A stretch of DNA of 64,000 nucleotides from Desulfomonilia bacterium (GCA_963664325.2 CAXXDQ010000007.1:704001-768000); one strand, 5' to 3'. Counted from the first letter of the stretch, positions 29,500-43,298 are shown. Numbers and translations: made by a program. The notes: generated from the letters alone by a model not told the origin.

Positions 29500-30129
29500 C
29501 TACACCTCTTGCTTCTTGAGGATTAAAAGCTGTCCTCTTGCACCGGGTACAGCTCCTCTGATGACAACTATGTTCTTATCATCATTGACATCTACAACTT
29601 CAAGCCCGATGACCGTTACTCTCTTTGCTCCCAGATGACCGGCCATACGTTTCCCTTTAACAACCTTGCTGGGATCGGCAGATGATCCTATAGAACCTGC
29701 AGTTCTATGTATCTTTGCACCATGGCTTGCACGATGGCCGCCGAAATGATACCTTTTAACAACACCGGCGAAACCTTTTCCTTTTGAAATCCCGGTAATT
29801 TTTATTATTTCACCGGCAGTAAATATTGTTGACGGTTTTATTTCATCGCCTTCATTTACAGTTGCCAGATCATCACATGCAACTTCTCTGAGATGATAAA
29901 AACAGCCCTTGCCTGCTTTGCTAATATGTCCCTTTTCAGGCTTGTTTACCCTGGATTCCTTCTTAGGTTCGATAGCCAGCTGAACCGCATCATATCCATC
30001 CCGTTCAATTGTCTTTTTTTGTATGACGTAACATGGTCCTGTCTGTATCAGAGTAACGGGAATCATTTCACCATCTTCCCTGAACAGCTGAGACATTCCC
30101 AGTTTTTTCCCAATTATGCCCTTAATCAT
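29500..30129 (-). CDS. rplC: 50S ribosomal protein L3
   Basis: GKKLGMSQ, DGY.AVQ, SKGKGF.G, GAVPG. Confidence 0.99.
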   Translation of the reverse strand: MIKGIIGKKLGMSQLFREDGEMIPVTLIQTGPCYVIQKKTIERDGYDAVQLAIEPKKESRVNKPEKGHISKAGKGCFYHLREVACDDLATVNEGDEIKPSTIFTAGEIIKITGISKGKGFAGVVKRYHFGGHRASHGAKIHRTAGSIGSSADPSKVVKGKRMAGHLGAKRVTVIGLEVVDVNDDKNIVVIRGAVPGARGQLLILKKQEV

Positions 30130-30147
30130 AATGTCTCTCCGGTATCC

Positions 30148-30456
30148 TTAAAGCTTGATTTCGACATCAACGCCTGCAGACAGATCAAGTTTCATAAGCT
30201 GGTCAACCGTCTGCTGGGTTGGATCAAGTATGTCGAGCAATCTTTTATATGTCCTTATTTCATACTGGTCCCGGGATTTCTTGTCCACATGCGGAGACCT
30301 TAATACGCAGAACTTCTCGATTTTTGTCGGAAGAGGTATTGGTCCTGCAACCCTGGCCCCGGTTCTCCTGGCCGCATCGACTATCTCCTGTACACTCTGA
30401 TCTATGAGCTTGTGGTCATAGCCTTTGAGCTTTATGCGTATTCTTTGTGTCTCCAT
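30148..30456 (-). CDS. rpsJ: 30S ribosomal protein S10
   Basis: [26 protein letters not shown]. Confidence 0.99.
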   Translation of the reverse strand: METQRIRIKLKGYDHKLIDQSVQEIVDAARRTGARVAGPIPLPTKIEKFCVLRSPHVDKKSRDQYEIRTYKRLLDILDPTQQTVDQLMKLDLSAGVDVEIKL

Positions 30457-30470
30457 GTCTATTTAACTCC

Positions 30471-31664
30471 TTACTCGATAACCTTGACTATGACGCCTGC
30501 GCCTACTGTTCTCCCACCCTCTCGTATAGCAAACCGAAGTCCTTCCTCCATCGCTATCGGATGTATCAGGCTCACCTGCATCGTTATGTTGTCCCCAGGT
30601 ATTACCATCTCTACCCCTTCCGGAAGCTTGATGTCTCCGGTTATGTCCGTCGTACGAAAATAAAACTGCGGCCGGTATCCCGTGAAAAACGGCGTATGAC
30701 GCCCTCCTTCCTCCTTCTTCAATACGTATACCTCCGCCATGAACTTCGTGTGCGGCGTTATCGAACCTGGCTTCGCTACCACCTGCCCCCTCTCAACTTC
30801 CTCACGCTTCGTCCCTCGTATAAGTATACCTATATTATCTCCAGCACGGCCTTCATCCAATGTCTTCCTGAACATCTCAACTCCCGTGCACACCGTCTTT
30901 ATCGTCGGACGTATACCTATTATCTCTACCTCGTCCCCAGTCTTTATTACCCCGCGCTCGCAACGCCCCGTCACAACCGTCCCGCGACCGGATATCGTAA
31001 ACACATCCTCTACCGGCATCAAAAACGGCTTGTCTATCTCCCGCACAGGCTCCGGTATGTACGAATCCACCGCATCCATAAGCTCAAATATGCACTTTAC
31101 ATCAGGACTGTTTACATCCTCCGCTTCCATCGCCTTCAACGCACTCCCGCGAATTATCGGTATGTCGTCCCCAGGAAAATCATATGACGTAAGCAGCTCC
31201 CTTAGCTCCAACTCTACCAACTCCAAAAGCTCGGGATCATCCACCTGGTCCACCTTGTTCATGAACACTACCATCGCAGGTACGTTAACCTGCTTCGCCA
31301 ACAGTATATGCTCCCTCGTCTGGGGCATAGGACCATCCGACGCCGCTACAACCAGCACCGCCCCGTCCATCTGCGCCGCCCCAGTTATCATGTTCTTGAT
31401 ATAGTCAGCATGCCCCGGACAGTCTATGTGCGCATAATGCCTGTTCACTGTCTCATACTCAACATGCGCCGTGTTGATCGTTATTCCCCTCTCCTTCTCC
31501 TCCGGCGCCTTGTCTATCTGATCATACGCTACATACTCGGCCATCCCCTTCTTCGCCAAATGCTTCGTTATCGCCGCCGTCAACGTCGTCTTACCATGAT
31601 CTATGTGCCCTATCGTACCTATATTAACATGCGGCTTCGTCCTCTCAAACTTACCCTTGGCCAT
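30471..31664 (-). CDS. tuf: Elongation factor Tu (str-operon copy)
   Basis: [30 protein letters not shown]. Confidence 0.99.
   Translation of the reverse strand: MAKGKFERTKPHVNIGTIGHIDHGKTTLTAAITKHLAKKGMAEYVAYDQIDKAPEEKERGITINTAHVEYETVNRHYAHIDCPGHADYIKNMITGAAQMDGAVLVVAASDGPMPQTREHILLAKQVNVPAMVVFMNKVDQVDDPELLELVELELRELLTSYDFPGDDIPIIRGSALKAMEAEDVNSPDVKCIFELMDAVDSYIPEPVREIDKPFLMPVEDVFTISGRGTVVTGRCERGVIKTGDEVEIIGIRPTIKTVCTGVEMFRKTLDEGRAGDNIGILIRGTKREEVERGQVVAKPGSITPHTKFMAEVYVLKKEEGGRHTPFFTGYRPQFYFRTTDITGDIKLPEGVEMVIPGDNITMQVSLIHPIAMEEGLRFAIREGGRTVGAGVIVKVIE
30472..31664. repeat. Direct repeat of ~1193 bp, second copy at 46610-47802 (tuf duplicate)
   Basis: Identical protein, identical antisense-frame translations and identical nucleotides in spot checks; stop codons differ (TAA vs TAG). 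Confidence 0.93.
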
Positions 31665-31666
31665 AA

Positions 31667-33742
31667 TTAAATCCCCCTGCCTGTCTTAAGGTTCTCTGAA
31701 ATGTTGCCCGGTACCGGTTCATAATGGGATACCTGCATGGTGTAGGTGGCCCTTCCCTGCGATAATGAACGTACGCTTGTTGCATATCCGAACATTTCTG
31801 CAAGCGGTACCTGCGCTGCTATTACTCTCACGTCTGAACGTGTATCCATCCCCAGTATCTTGCCCCTTCTGGAAGAAAGATCACTGATAAGATCCCCTAT
31901 GTAATCATCAGGGCTAACGACTTCAACATCCATAATCGGTTCGAGCATGATCGGGGCACCTTTTTTTGCTGCATTTTTTAGCGCCATCGAAGCTGCTATT
32001 TTAAAAGCCATTTCTGAAGAATCCACCTCGTGGTAGCTACCGTCATATAACGTAACCTTAAGGTCAACCATTGGATAACCTGCACAAGGACCTACATTCA
32101 GTCCTTCTTCGATGCCTTTTTTTATTGCCGGAATATATTCTTTTGGTATTGTTCCGCCTGTGATCGCATTTACAAAAACATAGCCTCCACCGGCCTCAAG
32201 CGGTTCAACTTTTATCAATACATGCGCGAATTGCCCATGACCGCCTGTTTGCTTGGCATATTTACAATCTTCATCAACAGTCTTTGTAATTGTTTCTTTG
32301 TATGAAACCTGCGGTTTGCCGACATTGGCTTCAACCCCAAATTCCCTCTTGAGTCTGTCTACGATTATTTCAAGATGGAGCTCTCCCATACCTGAGATTA
32401 TTGTGTCGCCCATATCGGAATCAACATGCACTCTAAAAGACGGATCTTCAACTCCCAGTCTTGACAAGGCCACGCCGAGCTTCTCCTGATCGGATTTGCT
32501 TTTCGGCTCTATTGCAATCGAAATCACCGGTTCGGGAAATTCAATTGCTTCAAGAATGATGGGTTTTGTTTTGTCACAAAGGCTATGCCCGGTTATTGTT
32601 CCTTTAAGTCCGAGTATGGCGGCTATATCTCCGGCATTAAGAGTTTTAATATCCTCTCTTTTATCTGCAAACATTCTTACCAGGCGGCCTATCCTTTCTT
32701 TCCTGCCTGTACTGGAATTGTAAACCATATCCCCGGAATTCAGCACACCTGAATATGATCTGATATACGTAAGCTGTCCCACATATGGATCGTTCATTAC
32801 TTTAAATGCCAACGCGGCAAAAGCGTCATTGTTGTCAGGTTCTCTTGCCGTATCATCTCCTGATTCGGTTTTGCCATGGACTTGCCCCTTGTCCTTTGGT
32901 GACGGCAGGAAATCCACGACAGCGTCAAGAAGAGGTTGAACTCCTTTATTTTTAAAAGCGGCGCCGCATAAAACAGGAGTAAAGGCAAGATCCAGCGTGC
33001 CTTTTCTTATCGCTGCCCTGATTGTTTCAGAGCCTATGCATTCTCCGTTTAAGTATGCCATCATTATCTCATCATCTATATCGCTTGATGCGTTAAGTAA
33101 TTTTTCCCTGTACTCATTTACGGTATCCTTCAGTTCATCAGGAACCGGCATTGTCTCATACTTTATTCCCTTTGACTCATCATTGAATCTGATCGCATTC
33201 ATTTCAATAAGATCTACAATACCAAAAAATTTATCTTCCTTTCCGTAAGGAATCTGCAACGCAACAGGGTTGGCACCCAATTTGTTTTTCATCTGATCCA
33301 TCACCGAAAAAAAATCTGCACCCACCCTGTCCATCTTATTCACATATGCAATTCTTGGGACCGCATATCTTTGAGCCTGCCTCCAAACCGTTTCAGACTG
33401 TGGCTGAACCCCGCCCACAGCACAGAATACGGCGATCGCACCATCAAGCACACGAAGGCTTCTCTCAACCTCAATCGTAAAATCAACGTGACCCGGAGTG
33501 TCAATGATGTTGATCATGTTGCCCTTCCAGCTGCATGTCGTAGCAGCTGCAGTTATAGTGATACCTCTTTCTTTTTCCTGATCCATCCAGTCCATTGTGG
33601 CTTGACCGTCATGGACTTCACCTATTTTATAAGTCATCCCGGTATAATACAGTATGCGTTCAGTCACTGTCGTCTTCCCAGCATCGATGTGAGCCATGAT
33701 ACCGATGTTCCGAAGCTTTTCGATGGGGACTTCAACTGACAC
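31667..33742 (-). CDS. fusA: Elongation factor G
   Basis: [40 protein letters not shown]. Confidence 0.99.
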   Translation of the reverse strand: MSVEVPIEKLRNIGIMAHIDAGKTTVTERILYYTGMTYKIGEVHDGQATMDWMDQEKERGITITAAATTCSWKGNMINIIDTPGHVDFTIEVERSLRVLDGAIAVFCAVGGVQPQSETVWRQAQRYAVPRIAYVNKMDRVGADFFSVMDQMKNKLGANPVALQIPYGKEDKFFGIVDLIEMNAIRFNDESKGIKYETMPVPDELKDTVNEYREKLLNASSDIDDEIMMAYLNGECIGSETIRAAIRKGTLDLAFTPVLCGAAFKNKGVQPLLDAVVDFLPSPKDKGQVHGKTESGDDTAREPDNNDAFAALAFKVMNDPYVGQLTYIRSYSGVLNSGDMVYNSSTGRKERIGRLVRMFADKREDIKTLNAGDIAAILGLKGTITGHSLCDKTKPIILEAIEFPEPVISIAIEPKSKSDQEKLGVALSRLGVEDPSFRVHVDSDMGDTIISGMGELHLEIIVDRLKREFGVEANVGKPQVSYKETITKTVDEDCKYAKQTGGHGQFAHVLIKVEPLEAGGGYVFVNAITGGTIPKEYIPAIKKGIEEGLNVGPCAGYPMVDLKVTLYDGSYHEVDSSEMAFKIAASMALKNAAKKGAPIMLEPIMDVEVVSPDDYIGDLISDLSSRRGKILGMDTRSDVRVIAAQVPLAEMFGYATSVRSLSQGRATYTMQVSHYEPVPGNISENLKTGRGI

Positions 33743-33757
33743 GGTATTACAAAACCT

Positions 33758-34231
33758 CTACCAGCGGTAGTGTGCAAATGCTTTGTTGGCTTCCGCCATT
33801 TTATGTGTATCTTCTTTTTTCTTTATTGCCGTGCCTCTGTTATTGAATGCATCAAGCAGTTCGGAAGCAAGTCTGTTACTCATTGAGTTCTCGCCCCTTG
33901 ACCTGGCTGCCGCAATTATCCAGCGCCTTGCCAGCATGTCGCGTCGTTCCGGTCTAACTTCTGTCGGCACCTGATATGTGGCACCACCGACTCTGCGAGA
34001 ACGAACCTCTATCACCGGTTTGACGTTATCCATGGCTTTATGAAAAACCTCTACAGGGTTTTCTTTTGTTTTGTCGGCAAGTATATTTAAAGTTTCATAA
34101 AAGATGGTTTCTGAAACAGATTTTTTACCGTCCCACATCAGACTGTTAATAAATTTGCCAACCTGTTTATCCCCAAATTTAGGGTCAGGTACTATAGATC
34201 TCTGCAGGGTTCCTCTTTTCTTCCTTGGCAT
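33758..34231 (-). CDS. rpsG: 30S ribosomal protein S7
   Basis: [25 protein letters not shown]. Confidence 0.99.
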   Translation of the reverse strand: MPRKKRGTLQRSIVPDPKFGDKQVGKFINSLMWDGKKSVSETIFYETLNILADKTKENPVEVFHKAMDNVKPVIEVRSRRVGGATYQVPTEVRPERRDMLARRWIIAAARSRGENSMSNRLASELLDAFNNRGTAIKKKEDTHKMAEANKAFAHYRW

Positions 34232-34248
34232 ATCCTTACCTCAAGTTA

Positions 34249-34623
34249 TTAGGCTTTAGGCCTTTTAGCTCCGTATTTGGAGCGGCTTCTGCGACGATTC
34301 TTGACCCCTTCTGTGTCAAGGATACCTCTGATTATATGATACCTTACCCCTGGAAGATCTTTTACTCGGCCTCCTCTTATCATAACTACTGAGTGCTCCT
34401 GCAAATTATGGCCTTCACCCGGGATGTATGAGGTTACTTCAAATCCGTTTGACAGCCTGACCCTGGCAACTTTTCGTAGGGCAGAATTAGGTTTCTTAGG
34501 AGTTGTTGTATATACCCTGACACATACACCCCTCTTCTGCGGACAACTTTCCAGTGCCCTGGTCTTCTTCCGTTTTTCTAACGTTTCTCTGCCTTTTCTA
34601 ACAAGCTGATTCAGTGTAGGCAT
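34249..34623 (-). CDS. rpsL: 30S ribosomal protein S12
   Basis: [23 protein letters not shown]. Confidence 0.99.
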   Translation of the reverse strand: MPTLNQLVRKGRETLEKRKKTRALESCPQKRGVCVRVYTTTPKKPNSALRKVARVRLSNGFEVTSYIPGEGHNLQEHSVVMIRGGRVKDLPGVRYHIIRGILDTEGVKNRRRSRSKYGAKRPKA

Positions 34624-34686
34624 TATTTAAACCCCTTTTAACAAAGCATGTTTTAACGACGTCTATCAAAGTGCGATAGACGCCGT

Positions 34687-34715
34687 TTTCTAGCAACGTA
34701 ACCCTTATATGTCAA
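34687..34715 (-). promoter_or_regulatory. Putative internal sigma70 promoter for rpsL (str operon)
   Basis: TTGACA (overlapping the rpoC TGA stop)-17 nt ending TGC-TAGAAA (extended -10). Confidence 0.55.
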
Positions 34716-37700
34716 GCACTTTCTAAAAGATCTTCATCCATAATTTCTTCATCTGAAATCCTGATATCCAACCTCTTGTATAACGGGAAACCGGTACCTG
34801 CTGGAATGAGTCTTCCCATGATGACATTTTCCTTCAGGCCCTTCAGATGATCCACCTTTCCTTCGACGCTGGCATCGGTCAGGACACGTGTAGTTTCCTG
34901 GAATGAAGCGGCTGAAATGAAGCTCTCGGTATTCAGGCTTGCCTTGGTTATGCCAAGCAGGTACGGTTCAGCTATTGCTGGTTTTCCACCTGTAGAAGCA
35001 ACTCTTTCGTTTTCCTCATTGAATGAAAGTTTGTCAACAAACTCCCCTTCTATATTTTCGGTATCTCCTGAGTCTCTGATTTTAACCCGCTTGAGCATCT
35101 GTCTTACAATGACTTCAATGTGTTTATCGTTAATATTAACGCCCTGAAGCCTGTAGACTTCCTGCACTTCGTTTGTAAGATATTTTGCAAGATCTTTTTC
35201 TCCCCTTATTTTCAGTATATCGTGGGGATCGACCGCTCCATCCATGAGGGGTTCGCCAGCCCTGACATAATCGCCCTCGTGGACAGCTATGTGCTTACCC
35301 TTAAGAATCATGTATTCCTTGGGTTGGCCGACCTCAGGCGTAATAATAACTTTACGCTTTCCCTTCGTATCCTTGCCGAAGCTTACTTCACCGTCGATTT
35401 CGGATACGGTTGCGCTTTCCTTGGGCTTTCGTGCCTCAAAGAGTTCTACAACTCTTGGAAGACCGCCTGTGATATCCTTAGTCTTTGTGGTTTCACGAGG
35501 TATTTTTACGATGACGTCACCGGCAAAAACCTCTTCTCCATCCTTGACATCCAGAATGGCGCCTGTCGGCAGTCCGTAACGCGCCTGGTTATTAGTGCCA
35601 GGAACCTTTATGTTCTTTCCAGAATCATCAACTATGTGAATTCTTGGCCTTAGTTCAGGGTCCTTGGGTTCTATGACAATGGAACGGGAATGGCCTGTAA
35701 CCTCGTCAATATGCTCTTGGATTGTGATTTCCTCGACGAGATCCATATACCTTACCTTCCCTCCAACCTCAGTCAGAATCGGTGATGAATACGGTTCCCA
35801 CTGAGCAAGAGGAGTTCCGGCAACAACTTTCTGGCCCTCTTCAACCTTTACCTTGGCACCATACATGATCGGATATGATTCTCTTTCTCGGCCGTTGTCA
35901 TCGACAAGAATTATGTATCCATTCCTGTTCATTGCGACCAGTTCTTTATCCTTGCTGCGAACCACTTTCAGGTCTTTGTATCTGACTGTTCCCGAATGGT
36001 TGAACTTGTGACTTGACTGCTCTATAACCGTTGCCGTACCACCAATATGGAATGTTCTCATCGTGAGCTGAGTACCAGGTTCGCCAATCGACTGTGCAGC
36101 GATAATCCCGACAGCTTCCCCGATGTTAACCATGCGGCCCCTTGCAAGGTCTTTCCCGTAACAGCGGACACATATGCCCTGTTTAGATTTACACGCAAGA
36201 ACGGACCTTACGACAACCCTTTCAAGTCCTGCATCCATTATCTTATCAACATGAGGCTGCTCGATCATTGTATTATAGGGAACGATTATTTCCCCGGTAT
36301 ATGGATCAATAACGTCGTCAAGTGCCACCCTGCCTGTTATGCGCTCACCCAGAGTCTTGATAATTTCACCGCCTTCGATCAGGGCTTCCATCTCTAGACC
36401 GTCCATTGTGCCGCAGTCTTCTTCGGAAACTATAACATCATGAGCAACATCAACCAGCCTCCTCGTAAGATAGCCCGAATTGGCCGTCTTAAGTGCAGTA
36501 TCAGCAAGACCCTTTCTGGCTCCATGTGTCGATATGAAGTATTCAAGGACATCAAGTCCTTCACGGAAATTGGATTCGATAGGAGTTTCGATAATTTCAC
36601 CAGACGGTTTGGCCATAAGTCCGCGTATGCCTGCAAGCTGCCTTATCTGCTGTGCACTTCCACGGGCACCTGAATCAGCCATCATAAATATCGGGTTGAA
36701 TGAAGGAGTCTCAACCTTCTTTCCTCCAGGAATCTCGATAACATCCTTCTTTATAGTATCCATCATATCGACAGCTACACGGTCAGTAACTTTTGTCCAG
36801 ATATCAACGACCTTATTGTAACGTTCACCATCGGTAATAAGACCTTCATTATATTGCCTTATAATTTCAGATACATCTTTCTTTGCGCTGTCAATTATCT
36901 GAGGTTTTGATTTAGGAATAATCATGTCCTCGATGCCGATTGAGATGCCGGCAATGGTTGCATAATAATAACCGAGATCCTTTATCCTGTCTGCCAGAAG
37001 AACCGTCTTTTTGTCCCCGGCAACGCTGAAACATATATCGACTATTTCTGCCAGTGCTTTTTTCGACATTGGTTTATTAATCATTTCGAAAGGAATTTCC
37101 TTCGGTACTATCTCGTTAAATATCACCCTTCCGACTGTTGTATCGACGAGTTTATCTCCCATACGCATTTTAATTTTAGCATGGATTGTAACAACACCCG
37201 CGTCAAGGGCAACCCTGACTTCTTCAGGCCCGAAGAATACCATTCCCTCACCCTTTGCCATCGGTTTGTCACGGGTAAGATAGTAAACACCAAGAACGAT
37301 GTCCTGTGTCGGAACAATGACAGGCTTCCCATTGGCAGGTGAAAGAATGTTGTTGGTTGACATCATCAGAACGCGCGCCTCAACCTGTGCTTCGATTGAA
37401 AGGGGAACATGAACAGCCATCTGGTCACCATCGAAATCAGCGTTGAATGCCGTGCATACCAGAGGATGAAGCTGTATTGCCTTGCCTTCAATGAGAATGG
37501 GTTCAAACGCCTGCATGCCCAGCCTGTGGAGTGTGGGGGCTCGGTTCAGCATTACCGGATATTCCTGAACCACTTCAGCAAGGCATTCCCAGACTTCAGG
37601 AGTTTCTTTTTCAACAAGGCGCTTTGCACTTTTTATTGTGCTGACAATTTTCTTTTGTTCAAGTTTATTATAAATAAATGGTTTGAAAAGTTCGATTGCC

Positions 37701-39052
37701 ATTTTCTTTGGCAGCCCGCACTGATGAAGCCTCAGATCGGGTCCGGCTGTGATAACAGAACGGCCGGAATAATCTACCCTTTTCCCGAGAAGGTTCTGGC
37801 GGAACCTGCCCTGTTTTCCTTTGAGCATATCGGAGAGGCTCTTTAGAGGTCTGCGGTTTGCTCCGGTTATTACTCGTCCCCTGCGGCCGTTATCAAACAG
37901 TACATCAACCGCTTCCTGAAGCATCCTTTTTTCATTTCTCAGGATAATATCCGGTGCATTAAGCTCCATCAGTCTTTTGAGCCTGTTGTTGCGGTTTATG
38001 ACTCTTCGATAAAGATCATTCAGGTCGGATGTTGCAAACCTTCCGCCATCAAGGGGAACAAGCGGTCTGAGGTCGGGAGGAAGAACAGGAATGACCTTCA
38101 GGATCATCCATGAAGGGTCCTGCCATTGTCTTAAGTAGTCGATATCGTCATGAGAAAGCCGTTTAGATTCAAGCAGCTTATCTATTATTTCATTTATTTT
38201 AGGGATTATTTTTTTCTTGTCCTGGTATGTCAGTGCCTCTTCCCACATCTTTATTATCTTACGGCATTCAGTAAGTATTTCACCCAGAGCCCTTCTGAAC
38301 TGTTCGTCCTTCTCAAGCTGAAAACGGTCTTCGACAAATTTTATAAGGTCAACAGGTTCGATACCAACCATGACATTGACCATTCTCAACCGTTGCGTAA
38401 GCTTCTTTTTCTTGGCTTCGCTCTTGGTAGTGGCAATTTTATCTTTCAGGTCCGCGGCAAGGGATATGATATCCAGGTCCGAAATCAATTCATCGACTGC
38501 CTCTGCACCCATTCTTGCAACGAAACTCCCAAGTCCATGTTTCTCAACTTCAGCCCTGAACTTGTCCTCGGTAAGGAGTTCCCCTTTTCTCAGCGGTGCA
38601 TCTTTGGGGTCAGTAACAATATAACTTTCAAAATAGAGCACCCTCTCAAGTTCTTTGAGAGAAAGCTCCAGGAGACCTCCAATCCTGCTGGGAAGGCTTT
38701 TCAAAAACCATATATGAGCAACCGGAGTTGCAAGTTCAATATGGCCAAGCCTTTCACGTCTAACCCTTGAGTCTATGACTTCCACACCGCATTTCTCGCA
38801 GACTACACCCCGGTGTTTCATACGCTTGTACTTTCCGCAGGTGCATTCATAGCTTTTGATGGGTCCAAAAATCTTGGCGCAGAAAAGCCCGTCTCTTTCA
38901 GGTTTAAATGTCCTGTAGTTTATGGTCTCCGGCTTTTTCACTTCGCCATATGACCATGCCCTGATCTTCTCAGGTGAGGCCAAGCCGATCCTGACCGCCA
39001 TATAATTGGAAGGATCTTTTGGTTTTTCAAAATAACTGTACAGGTCTTCCAA
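34712..39052 (-). CDS. rpoC: RNA polymerase beta-prime subunit, with a ~78-aa insertion
   Basis: [16 protein letters not shown] active site, [16 protein letters not shown]; TTG start. Confidence 0.99.
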   Translation of the reverse strand: MEDLYSYFEKPKDPSNYMAVRIGLASPEKIRAWSYGEVKKPETINYRTFKPERDGLFCAKIFGPIKSYECTCGKYKRMKHRGVVCEKCGVEVIDSRVRRERLGHIELATPVAHIWFLKSLPSRIGGLLELSLKELERVLYFESYIVTDPKDAPLRKGELLTEDKFRAEVEKHGLGSFVARMGAEAVDELISDLDIISLAADLKDKIATTKSEAKKKKLTQRLRMVNVMVGIEPVDLIKFVEDRFQLEKDEQFRRALGEILTECRKIIKMWEEALTYQDKKKIIPKINEIIDKLLESKRLSHDDIDYLRQWQDPSWMILKVIPVLPPDLRPLVPLDGGRFATSDLNDLYRRVINRNNRLKRLMELNAPDIILRNEKRMLQEAVDVLFDNGRRGRVITGANRRPLKSLSDMLKGKQGRFRQNLLGKRVDYSGRSVITAGPDLRLHQCGLPKKMAIELFKPFIYNKLEQKKIVSTIKSAKRLVEKETPEVWECLAEVVQEYPVMLNRAPTLHRLGMQAFEPILIEGKAIQLHPLVCTAFNADFDGDQMAVHVPLSIEAQVEARVLMMSTNNILSPANGKPVIVPTQDIVLGVYYLTRDKPMAKGEGMVFFGPEEVRVALDAGVVTIHAKIKMRMGDKLVDTTVGRVIFNEIVPKEIPFEMINKPMSKKALAEIVDICFSVAGDKKTVLLADRIKDLGYYYATIAGISIGIEDMIIPKSKPQIIDSAKKDVSEIIRQYNEGLITDGERYNKVVDIWTKVTDRVAVDMMDTIKKDVIEIPGGKKVETPSFNPIFMMADSGARGSAQQIRQLAGIRGLMAKPSGEIIETPIESNFREGLDVLEYFISTHGARKGLADTALKTANSGYLTRRLVDVAHDVIVSEEDCGTMDGLEMEALIEGGEIIKTLGERITGRVALDDVIDPYTGEIIVPYNTMIEQPHVDKIMDAGLERVVVRSVLACKSKQGICVRCYGKDLARGRMVNIGEAVGIIAAQSIGEPGTQLTMRTFHIGGTATVIEQSSHKFNHSGTVRYKDLKVVRSKDKELVAMNRNGYIILVDDNGRERESYPIMYGAKVKVEEGQKVVAGTPLAQWEPYSSPILTEVGGKVRYMDLVEEITIQEHIDEVTGHSRSIVIEPKDPELRPRIHIVDDSGKNIKVPGTNNQARYGLPTGAILDVKDGEEVFAGDVIVKIPRETTKTKDITGGLPRVVELFEARKPKESATVSEIDGEVSFGKDTKGKRKVIITPEVGQPKEYMILKGKHIAVHEGDYVRAGEPLMDGAVDPHDILKIRGEKDLAKYLTNEVQEVYRLQGVNINDKHIEVIVRQMLKRVKIRDSGDTENIEGEFVDKLSFNEENERVASTGGKPAIAEPYLLGITKASLNTESFISAASFQETTRVLTDASVEGKVDHLKGLKENVIMGRLIPAGTGFPLYKRLDIRISDEEIMDEDLLESA

Positions 39053-39067
39053 GTTACCCTCCCTTGC

Positions 39068-42000
39068 TTAGTAACCCCTGCCTTCGATAAGTCCGATATC
39101 GAGGCTCAGGCTCTTTAATTCTCTCATGAGCACATTGAATGATTCCGGAATGCCCGGTTCAAGCGCATGCTCTCCCTTGACTATTGATTCATATGTCCTG
39201 GTCCTTCCGGCTACATCATCACTTTTAACGGTAAGGAATTCCTGCAAGGTATAGGCAGCACCATAGGCTTCAATTGCCCACACCTCCATTTCACCGAGTC
39301 TCTGTCCTCCGAACTGGGCCTTACCTCCAAGAGGCTGCTGAGTAACAAGAGAGTAAGGACCGATGGATCGGGCATGTATCTTGTCATCGACAAGATGGTG
39401 AAGTTTTAACATATACATGACTCCGACAGTGACCTTCCCGTCAAATGGATCCCCCGACCTTCCATCAAACAATGTGACCCTTCCTTTACTAGCGATTCCG
39501 GCCGATTCCATCATTTTGGAAATTTCGGTCTCGCTTGCCGAATCGAACACAGGTACAGCAACATGCAGGCCTTCATCACATATGGAACGGGTAATCTGCA
39601 CAAGCTCTTCCATTGAGGCTTTTTTCAGAATTGCGTCCACTTTGGCCGATTGATAAATCTTTCTAAGGTATTCTCTTAGGGATTCTTCAGTATACTCGCT
39701 TTTCATGAAATCATTAAGCGCCTCTCCCATGCCCTTAACAGCCCACCCTATATGTGTCTCAAGTATCTGCCCGACATTCATTCGAGATGGGACACCCAGC
39801 GGATTGAGAACAATGTCCACAGGTCTGCCATCCTCAAAGAAGGGCATGTCCTCCTCAGGCAATATCCTTGATATGACGCCTTTGTTACCATGCCTTCCCG
39901 CCATCTTGTCGCCAACAGACAGTTTGCGCTTAATGGCGATAAAGACTTTCACCATTTTGTTAACACCCGGCGGCAAATCATCTCCCGCTGTCATCTTTTC
40001 AATTTTAGAATCATACACCTTCTCGATAAGCTGTTTCTGATGATCAAGACGGTTTATAATGCGCTCTATTTCGTGTTCGGTCTCTTGACCGTCTTTTATC
40101 CTGATGTCCTTAAAATCATCTATTGAGAGGCCGGCGAGCATTTCTATTGAAATCTTTTCTTTGCTCTTTGCTATGACTTTGTCTCCGAGATGGGAATAAA
40201 GGGGTGCTGCCAGATCCCTTCCGATGAGGAAAGCTTCAATCCTGGCCCTAGCTGCAGATGTTACTATCTTGATCTCATCTTCACGGTCCTTGTTAAGGCC
40301 GTTAACCTCTTTTTGCTCTATCTGCATCGTACGCTCATCTCGTTCCTGGCCGCGCCTGTTGAACACCCTTGCATCAATTACTGTACCTTCGATTCCTGGT
40401 GGCACTCTGAGAGACGAATCTTTGACCTCGCTAGCCTTTTCTCCGAATATAGCACGAAGCAGCTTTTCTTCCGGAGTGAGCTGTGTTTCACCCTTTGGAG
40501 TTACTTTGCCCACCAGTATATCACCGGGTTTCACTTCGGCGCCGACGCAGACAATACCAGAGTCATCTAGATTTTTGAGCGCTTCTTCACCGGCATTCGG
40601 TATATCGCGGGTTATTTCTTCGGTGCCAAGTTTGACATCCCTTGCCATAACTTCAAATTCTTCTATGTGAACCGATGTATAGAAGTCTTCTTTAACAACA
40701 CGCTCACTTATAAGAATGGCGTCTTCATAATTGTATCCGCCCCAGGGCATGAATGCGACTACAAGATTTCTACCAAGGGCAAGTTCTCCCATGTTAGTCG
40801 CCGGGCCGTCTGCCACAATTTCGCCTTTTTTAACATGCTGTCCTTTTTTGACAATAGGACTCTGGTTAAAAGAAGTATTCTGGTTTGCCCTTTTGAATTT
40901 AGTGAGTTTGTAAATGTCTATCCCTGAGTCGTCCTGCTTTTCAGATATTTTGTCAGCCATTATAACTATACGCTGGCTGTCGACATCCCTGACTGTTCCG
41001 TCTCTTTTTGCAACTACGCATACACCCGAGTCGCGTGCGATCAGGTGCTCCATCCCTGTTCCTATCATCGGAGGCTTGGGGAAGAGAAGAGGTACTGACT
41101 GGCGCTGCATGTTCGAGCCCATGAGTGCCCGGTTTGCGTCATCGTGTTCAAGAAATGGGATCAGGTTTGCCGAAACGCTGAAGAGCTGGTTGGTGGCAAC
41201 ATCCATGAGAGTAACCTGATCTCTGGTTACAATGCCGTATTCCCCGTTCTTCAACCGAACCCTTACCATTTCCGCAATTATCTTCCCCTTTTTATCAATG
41301 GGTTCGGTTGCCTGGACAACGACCTGCTCGTCTTCCTCCATAGCGCTCATATAATGCATTTCTTTCGTAACCACACCGTCTTTAACGATATAGTACGGCG
41401 TCTCAATAAACCCGAATTCGTTCACCCTTGCATATGTTGACAAGGAAACGATAAGGCCGATATTCGGTCCTTCCGGTGTTTCTATCGGACATATACGGCC
41501 GTAGTGTGACGGGTGAACATCCCGCACCTCAAATACTGCCCGCTCTCTTGTGAGTCCTCCCGGACCAAGGGCTGAAAGTCTTCTCTTATGAGTAATCGCT
41601 GAAAGCGGATTTGTCTGGTCCATGAACTGGGATAGCTGACCGGACCCGAAAAATTCCCTTATGACGGCGGATACAGGTTTTGGATTGATAAGGCTGTTAG
41701 GCATTATCGTCTCCACATCCTGAAGGCTCATCCGTTCTTTGATAGCCCTTTCCATCCTGACAAGTCCGATCCTGTACTGGTTCTCGAGAAGTTCGCCTAT
41801 GGACCGGACACGCCTGTTCGACATATGGTCAATATCATCGATGGCCCTGCCCTGTATACCATCCTTCAATTCCATCAAATACTTTATGGTAAGTAAAATA
41901 TCTTCTTTTCTAAGCACTGTAAGATCAAGCGGAGCATCATTGTCATTTATATGAAGTTTTCTGTTGATTTTAAGCCTTCCGACCCTTGAAAGATCATAAT

Positions 42001-43207
42001 AGGACGGATTAAAGAACAGGTTTTCAAAAAAAGTAGTGGCAATTTCCAGAGTCGGAGGATTTGACGGTCTCAAACGTCTGTAAATTTCTATTATAGCCTC
42101 TTCTGCAGTATCAAGCTTGTCAAGTGCAATCGTCTTTGAAAGTGATGAGCTAAAATTTATTTCATCTATATAAATTGTCTTTATTTCTTTGATGCCTTCA
42201 GCATTCAACTTGGCCAACAGGTCAGGAGAAAGCATCTCGTTCGATTCTGCTATAATCTCTCCAGTAGATAAATTAACAATATCATCAGCAATGATCTTGC
42301 CCAAAATATCCTTTTCTGTACATACCATCGGTTCGAGAACTTTCGTCGAATACTTTTTAACAGTTGCAGCTGTAATTTTTTTACCTGCCTTGATTGCAGG
42401 TTCGGCTGTACCTTTGACTTTTATATCATGCTCTGCTTTCAGACCAATAAGGCTTTGCAAATCAATATGCTTAAGGACTTTCTCACCGCGGATTGTATAT
42501 CTTTCCTTTATATAATACATACCGAGAATATCCTGATTTGTATATCCCAGTGCTTTTAAAAGTGTTGTTGAAGTCATTTTTCTTCTGCGGTCAATTCTTA
42601 GATAAAGTATGCCCTTTGCATCAAAATCCAAGTCTATCCAGGAACCTCTCGCAGGAATTATTCTGGCTGAAAACAGGACTTTACCGCCTGTTACAGCACG
42701 TGCTGCAGATTTATCAAAAAATATTCCTGGAGAACGATGCAGCTGGCTGACAATGACTCTTTCAGTACCGTTAATTATAAATGTCGCCGCCGGAGTCATG
42801 AGGGGTATTTCTCCGAAATATACTTCCTGCTCCTTGATATCCCTTATACTCTGTGTCTGCGTCTCCTCGTCTCTATCATATACGACAAGTCTAACTTTCA
42901 GGTTAACTGGCGCCGCATATGTCAGTCCCTTCTGAACGCATTCATCAATGTCATATTTGGGTTCACCGAGTTTATATTCTACATACTCGAGAGATGCATA
43001 TTCATTAAAATCTTTTATTGGGAAAACAGATCTGAAAACACCTTCAAGACCAATGTTTTTCCTCTTTTCCGGTGAGATGTCCTTCTGAAGAAATGCACTG
43101 TACGATGCCTTTGGAAGTTCGACAAGGTCAGGCATGTCAATCATGGAAAATCGCTTTGCAAAACTTTTTCGCCTGATTTCGGGATAGGAAAGAATGTCTT
43201 TCGTCAT
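39068..43207 (-). CDS. rpoB: RNA polymerase beta subunit
   Basis: [30 protein letters not shown]. Confidence 0.99.
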   Translation of the reverse strand: MTKDILSYPEIRRKSFAKRFSMIDMPDLVELPKASYSAFLQKDISPEKRKNIGLEGVFRSVFPIKDFNEYASLEYVEYKLGEPKYDIDECVQKGLTYAAPVNLKVRLVVYDRDEETQTQSIRDIKEQEVYFGEIPLMTPAATFIINGTERVIVSQLHRSPGIFFDKSAARAVTGGKVLFSARIIPARGSWIDLDFDAKGILYLRIDRRRKMTSTTLLKALGYTNQDILGMYYIKERYTIRGEKVLKHIDLQSLIGLKAEHDIKVKGTAEPAIKAGKKITAATVKKYSTKVLEPMVCTEKDILGKIIADDIVNLSTGEIIAESNEMLSPDLLAKLNAEGIKEIKTIYIDEINFSSSLSKTIALDKLDTAEEAIIEIYRRLRPSNPPTLEIATTFFENLFFNPSYYDLSRVGRLKINRKLHINDNDAPLDLTVLRKEDILLTIKYLMELKDGIQGRAIDDIDHMSNRRVRSIGELLENQYRIGLVRMERAIKERMSLQDVETIMPNSLINPKPVSAVIREFFGSGQLSQFMDQTNPLSAITHKRRLSALGPGGLTRERAVFEVRDVHPSHYGRICPIETPEGPNIGLIVSLSTYARVNEFGFIETPYYIVKDGVVTKEMHYMSAMEEDEQVVVQATEPIDKKGKIIAEMVRVRLKNGEYGIVTRDQVTLMDVATNQLFSVSANLIPFLEHDDANRALMGSNMQRQSVPLLFPKPPMIGTGMEHLIARDSGVCVVAKRDGTVRDVDSQRIVIMADKISEKQDDSGIDIYKLTKFKRANQNTSFNQSPIVKKGQHVKKGEIVADGPATNMGELALGRNLVVAFMPWGGYNYEDAILISERVVKEDFYTSVHIEEFEVMARDVKLGTEEITRDIPNAGEEALKNLDDSGIVCVGAEVKPGDILVGKVTPKGETQLTPEEKLLRAIFGEKASEVKDSSLRVPPGIEGTVIDARVFNRRGQERDERTMQIEQKEVNGLNKDREDEIKIVTSAARARIEAFLIGRDLAAPLYSHLGDKVIAKSKEKISIEMLAGLSIDDFKDIRIKDGQETEHEIERIINRLDHQKQLIEKVYDSKIEKMTAGDDLPPGVNKMVKVFIAIKRKLSVGDKMAGRHGNKGVISRILPEEDMPFFEDGRPVDIVLNPLGVPSRMNVGQILETHIGWAVKGMGEALNDFMKSEYTEESLREYLRKIYQSAKVDAILKKASMEELVQITRSICDEGLHVAVPVFDSASETEISKMMESAGIASKGRVTLFDGRSGDPFDGKVTVGVMYMLKLHHLVDDKIHARSIGPYSLVTQQPLGGKAQFGGQRLGEMEVWAIEAYGAAYTLQEFLTVKSDDVAGRTRTYESIVKGEHALEPGIPESFNVLMRELKSLSLDIGLIEGRGY

Positions 43208-43298
43208 TTACGGCTAATCCCCTTTTTCTTTATTGTAAAAGCAAAAGTTCAGGACACCACCTTTAAGGAAGTGCCCTTTGTACCTGTATTTTTTATTG

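Noticed and set aside
30447-31670. Long plus-strand ORFs antisense to tuf (also at 46699-47919)
   Set aside because: Shadow frames of tuf, identical in both copies, no RBS or protein motifs; explained by tuf codon bias
38120-38365. Possible intein in rpoC
   Set aside because: Too short and lacks intein terminal residues and splicing blocks; treated as a structural insertion
41560-41660. Substitutions in the RpoB rifampicin-resistance region (GSGQ, PLSAITH)
   Set aside because: Key Gln, Asp, His and Ser positions match the sensitive consensus; no resistance claim supported
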